Below are positions 61,533-64,000 of a stretch of DNA of 64,000 nucleotides, piece after piece. Where the stretch lies: the NCBI GenBank assembly GCA_003246625.1, contig QJZR01000014.1, positions 7,219-71,218 on the forward strand, given 5' to 3'. Position numbers and translations under genes: made by a program. Source of the stretch: Alphaproteobacteria bacterium (lineage in GTDB: Bacteria; Pseudomonadota; Alphaproteobacteria; Rhodospirillales; Rhodospirillaceae). The first letter of the stretch is position 1. Each line of letters opens with the position of its first letter. The notes below the pieces were generated by a model. It made no database searches, had not been told where the DNA came from, and saw only the letters and a list, made by a program, of their open reading frames with translations.

Positions 61533-62821
61533 CCCGCGTCGAACCCTGCGACCTGTCGGCCACCGCCGCGCGCGCCGCCATCGCCACCGGTGTCCTTTCC
61601 GCCGAACGGCTGGCGCGTTCCTGCCTCGACCGCATCGCGGCGCGGGAGCCGGAAATCCATGCCTGGGCGGCGCTCGACCCCGAGCTTTGGCTGCGGGCGG
61701 CGCGCGCCGCCGACGCCGCCGGTTGCCCCGGTGCGTTGGGCGGGTTGCCGCTTGGCGTGAAGGATCTGGCGGCCAGCCGCGACTGGCCCACCGCCTGCGG
61801 CTCGCCGATCTACGACGGGGCGCGTCTGCCCTTCGACGCGGCGGCGCTCTCCCTCACCCGGCTGGCGGGCGGGGTGATCGCGGGCAAGACGGTGACCACC
61901 GAATTCGCCGGTTTTCTGCCCGGCCCGACCCGTAACCCCCGTGCGGCGGCGCATTCCCCCGGCGGCTCGTCCAGCGGTTCGGCGGCGGCGGTGGCGGCGG
62001 GAATGGTGCCGCTGGCCCTGGGCACCCAGACCGCCGGATCGATCGTCCGCCCCGCCGCCTATTGCGGCGTCGTCGGCTACAAGCCCAGCTTCGGTCTGGT
62101 CGACGCTACCGGCATCAAGGCCTATGCCCCGTCCCTCGACACCGTCGGCGTGCTGGCCCGCCGCGTCGCCGACTGCCGCCTGTGGGTCGCGGCGGTGGGG
62201 GGCGCCGACCTGACGCCGCCGGAAGACGCCGCCCTGCCGCGCGTCGGCTGGTGCCGCTCTCCGGCGTGGGGGGCGGCGACGAAGGCGATGCGCGACGCCT
62301 TCGAAACCGAATTGCCGCGTCGTCTGCGGGCGGCGGGCCTGGAGCCGGTGGAGGTTGACCTGCCGCCCCTGTTCGCCGAGGCGATGGACGCGCAACGCAC
62401 GATCATGGCCTTCGAGGCCGCCCGCGCGCTGGCCTTCGAGGCGGAGATTCATGGGGATGTGTTGAGCGCGGGGTTGCGCGCGCAAATCGCCGAGGGCCGC
62501 GCCACCCCCTGGACCGATTTCGCGGCGGCCTGCCGCCTGCGCGATCTGGCGATGGCCGGGTTCCGCGCGGTGCTGGAATCGCACGGCGTGTCCGCCCTGG
62601 TCGCGCCGTCGGCGGCGGGCGTCGCCCCCCGTTTCGAGGAAGGCACCGGCAGCCCCGACTTCAACCGCCTGTGGACCCTGTTGCGCGGTCCCTGCGTGCA
62701 GGTGCCCGGCCTCTGCTGCCGCGAAACCGGCCTGCCGCTCGGCGTGCAGGTGGTCGCCCCCCGCTGCGCCGACGCCCTGGCCCTGGCCATCGCCGAGCGC
62801 CTGGAGGCCGCGCTGGCATAG
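61529..62821 (+). CDS. Amidase signature family protein
   Basis: GVKD catalytic Lys, GKTVTTEFA, PGGSSSGSAAAVA, GTQTAGSIVRPAAYCG. Confidence 0.93.
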   Translation: MTRVEPCDLSATAARAAIATGVLSAERLARSCLDRIAAREPEIHAWAALDPELWLRAARAADAAGCPGALGGLPLGVKDLAASRDWPTACGSPIYDGARLPFDAAALSLTRLAGGVIAGKTVTTEFAGFLPGPTRNPRAAAHSPGGSSSGSAAAVAAGMVPLALGTQTAGSIVRPAAYCGVVGYKPSFGLVDATGIKAYAPSLDTVGVLARRVADCRLWVAAVGGADLTPPEDAALPRVGWCRSPAWGAATKAMRDAFETELPRRLRAAGLEPVEVDLPPLFAEAMDAQRTIMAFEAARALAFEAEIHGDVLSAGLRAQIAEGRATPWTDFAAACRLRDLAMAGFRAVLESHGVSALVAPSAAGVAPRFEEGTGSPDFNRLWTLLRGPCVQVPGLCCRETGLPLGVQVVAPRCADALALAIAERLEAALA

Positions 62822-62903
62822 TCGTTCGTGTGCCGCGCGAAGGGAAGCCTCGAAACATTCGACAGTGGTTCTTGCGGGGGAAAGGAATCTTGCTTTTCCG
62901 GGG

Positions 62904-62920
62904 TTGGCATTCAACTCGCT
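62904..62920 (+). promoter_or_regulatory. Possible sigma54 promoter
   Basis: TTGGCATTCAACTCGCT has the GG/GC spacing of -24/-12 but a weak -12 box. Confidence 0.35.
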
Positions 62921-62984
62921 TTCCGCCGGGAAGGAAAAGGGATAACCTGGAAAAGTCTGAGGAATCAACTTCGTCCAGGGTTTC

Positions 62985-64000
62985 ATGTCTGGGACTCATC
63001 GGGAAGCTGCCGGAACGAATGCGAGCGGGTTTGTCCGGCGGGGCGTGACCCGCCGCGGGTTCGTCGCTGCGGGCGTGGCGTCCTCCCTTCTGGCCTTGCC
63101 GATCGGCAGGGCCTGGGCCGCCAAGGCGGTGACCCTGAAGTTCGCGACCAATCTTCCCCTGACCCATCCCCTGAATGTCCGCGTGGCGGAAGCGGCGGCG
63201 CGAATCAAGCGCGAAACCAACGGCGAGGTCGGCGTCCGCATCTTTCCCGACAACCAGTTCGGCGGCGACAGCGAGATGTTGGAACTGCTCCGTTTGGGGG
63301 GCATCGATATCTTCACGCCTTCGGCGCTGGTGCTGTCCGCCCTGGTGCCGGAAGTCCAGATCAACGCGTTGGGGTTCGCCTTTTCCGATTACGGCAAGGT
63401 CTGGCAGGCCATGGACGGCGACCTGGGGGATTTCATCCGCTCGGCGGTCGGGAAGGCCGGTCTGCACATGATGGAGACCGTTTGCGACAACGGCTTCCGC
63501 CAATGCACCACCGCGTCGAGGCCGATCCAGGGGCCCGGGGACTTTTCCGGCTTGAGCATCCGCGTGCCGCTCAGCCACATTTCGATCAGCCTGTTTCAGG
63601 CGCTGTCGGCCAGACCGCGCGGCCTTCAGTTCGTTGACCTTTATCCCGCCTTGCGGGAGGGGGCGTTCGAGGCGCAGGAAAATCCCCTGTCGATCATCTT
63701 GAGCTCCCGCTTCTACGAGGTTCAGAAATACGTCTCGCTGACCAACCACATGTGGGACGGATTTTTCTTCGTCTTCAACGGGAAAACCTGGTCTGGCCTG
63801 CCCGGCGACATCCAGCGGATCGTTTCGTCGGCGTTCAACGACGCGGCGGCCTTGCAGCGGGCGGACGTCGCCACGGCGAACACCAGGGCCCTGGGCGATT
63901 TGAAACGAAAGGGAATGATCTTCAATGAAACGGATCCCGACCCGTTCCGGCACGCCCTGCGGAAGGCGGGGTTCTATGCCGAGTGGAAAGGAAGATTCGG
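62985..64000 (+). CDS. TRAP DctP-family solute-binding protein (partial, runs off window end; absent from the ORF track)
   Basis: ATG 62985 is in frame with twin-arginine TRRGF leader, IFPDNQFGGDSEM, NGFRQ, IRVP, EAQENPL, SLTNHMWD. Confidence 0.88.
   Translation, partial: MSGTHREAAGTNASGFVRRGVTRRGFVAAGVASSLLALPIGRAWAAKAVTLKFATNLPLTHPLNVRVAEAAARIKRETNGEVGVRIFPDNQFGGDSEMLELLRLGGIDIFTPSALVLSALVPEVQINALGFAFSDYGKVWQAMDGDLGDFIRSAVGKAGLHMMETVCDNGFRQCTTASRPIQGPGDFSGLSIRVPLSHISISLFQALSARPRGLQFVDLYPALREGAFEAQENPLSIILSSRFYEVQKYVSLTNHMWDGFFFVFNGKTWSGLPGDIQRIVSSAFNDAAALQRADVATANTRALGDLKRKGMIFNETDPDPFRHALRKAGFYAEWKGRF

Noticed and set aside
63017-63048. Apparent frameshift at the start of dctP (MRAGLSGGA-stop overlapping GTG)
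   Set aside because: An in-frame ATG at 62985 gives an uninterrupted frame through the Tat motif, so no frameshift is needed.

Overview
GC-rich alphaproteobacterial chromosome segment (gene content and order look Rhodospirillales-like; this is inference). Most of it is ordinary core and metabolic DNA: dapC-like/ftsK/lolA, a ybbN-LON-Trm112 operon, tRNA-Gly(GCC), large NAD-glutamate dehydrogenase, purH, a split surface-polysaccharide locus (CapD-like, WbpL-like, an O-antigen-ligase/GT4 fusion, wbpBDE, two gmd, fcl, manB), tsaD-gpsA-yciI-EVE, hemC-hemD-COG4223-hemY, tRNA-Thr(CGT), and two catabolic/transport clusters next to the tRNAs. I see no integrase, transposase, phage gene or CRISPR array. 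The unexplained structure is mostly non-coding. (1) A dispersed, modular, nested-palindromic 170-200 bp repeat family has six full copies plus a solo arm; its stems show compensatory base changes, its ends sit against stop codons, and two near-identical copies bracket one MFS gene. (2) A sigma54-type promoter and terminator delimit an sRNA carrying the suhB/alpha-r8 (MmgR/GsrN) core motif. (3) A second candidate sRNA or attenuator has C-rich loops. (4) A duplicated LysR-type operator precedes a 29-codon ORF. Family assignments come from motif recognition by eye, not from database searches.
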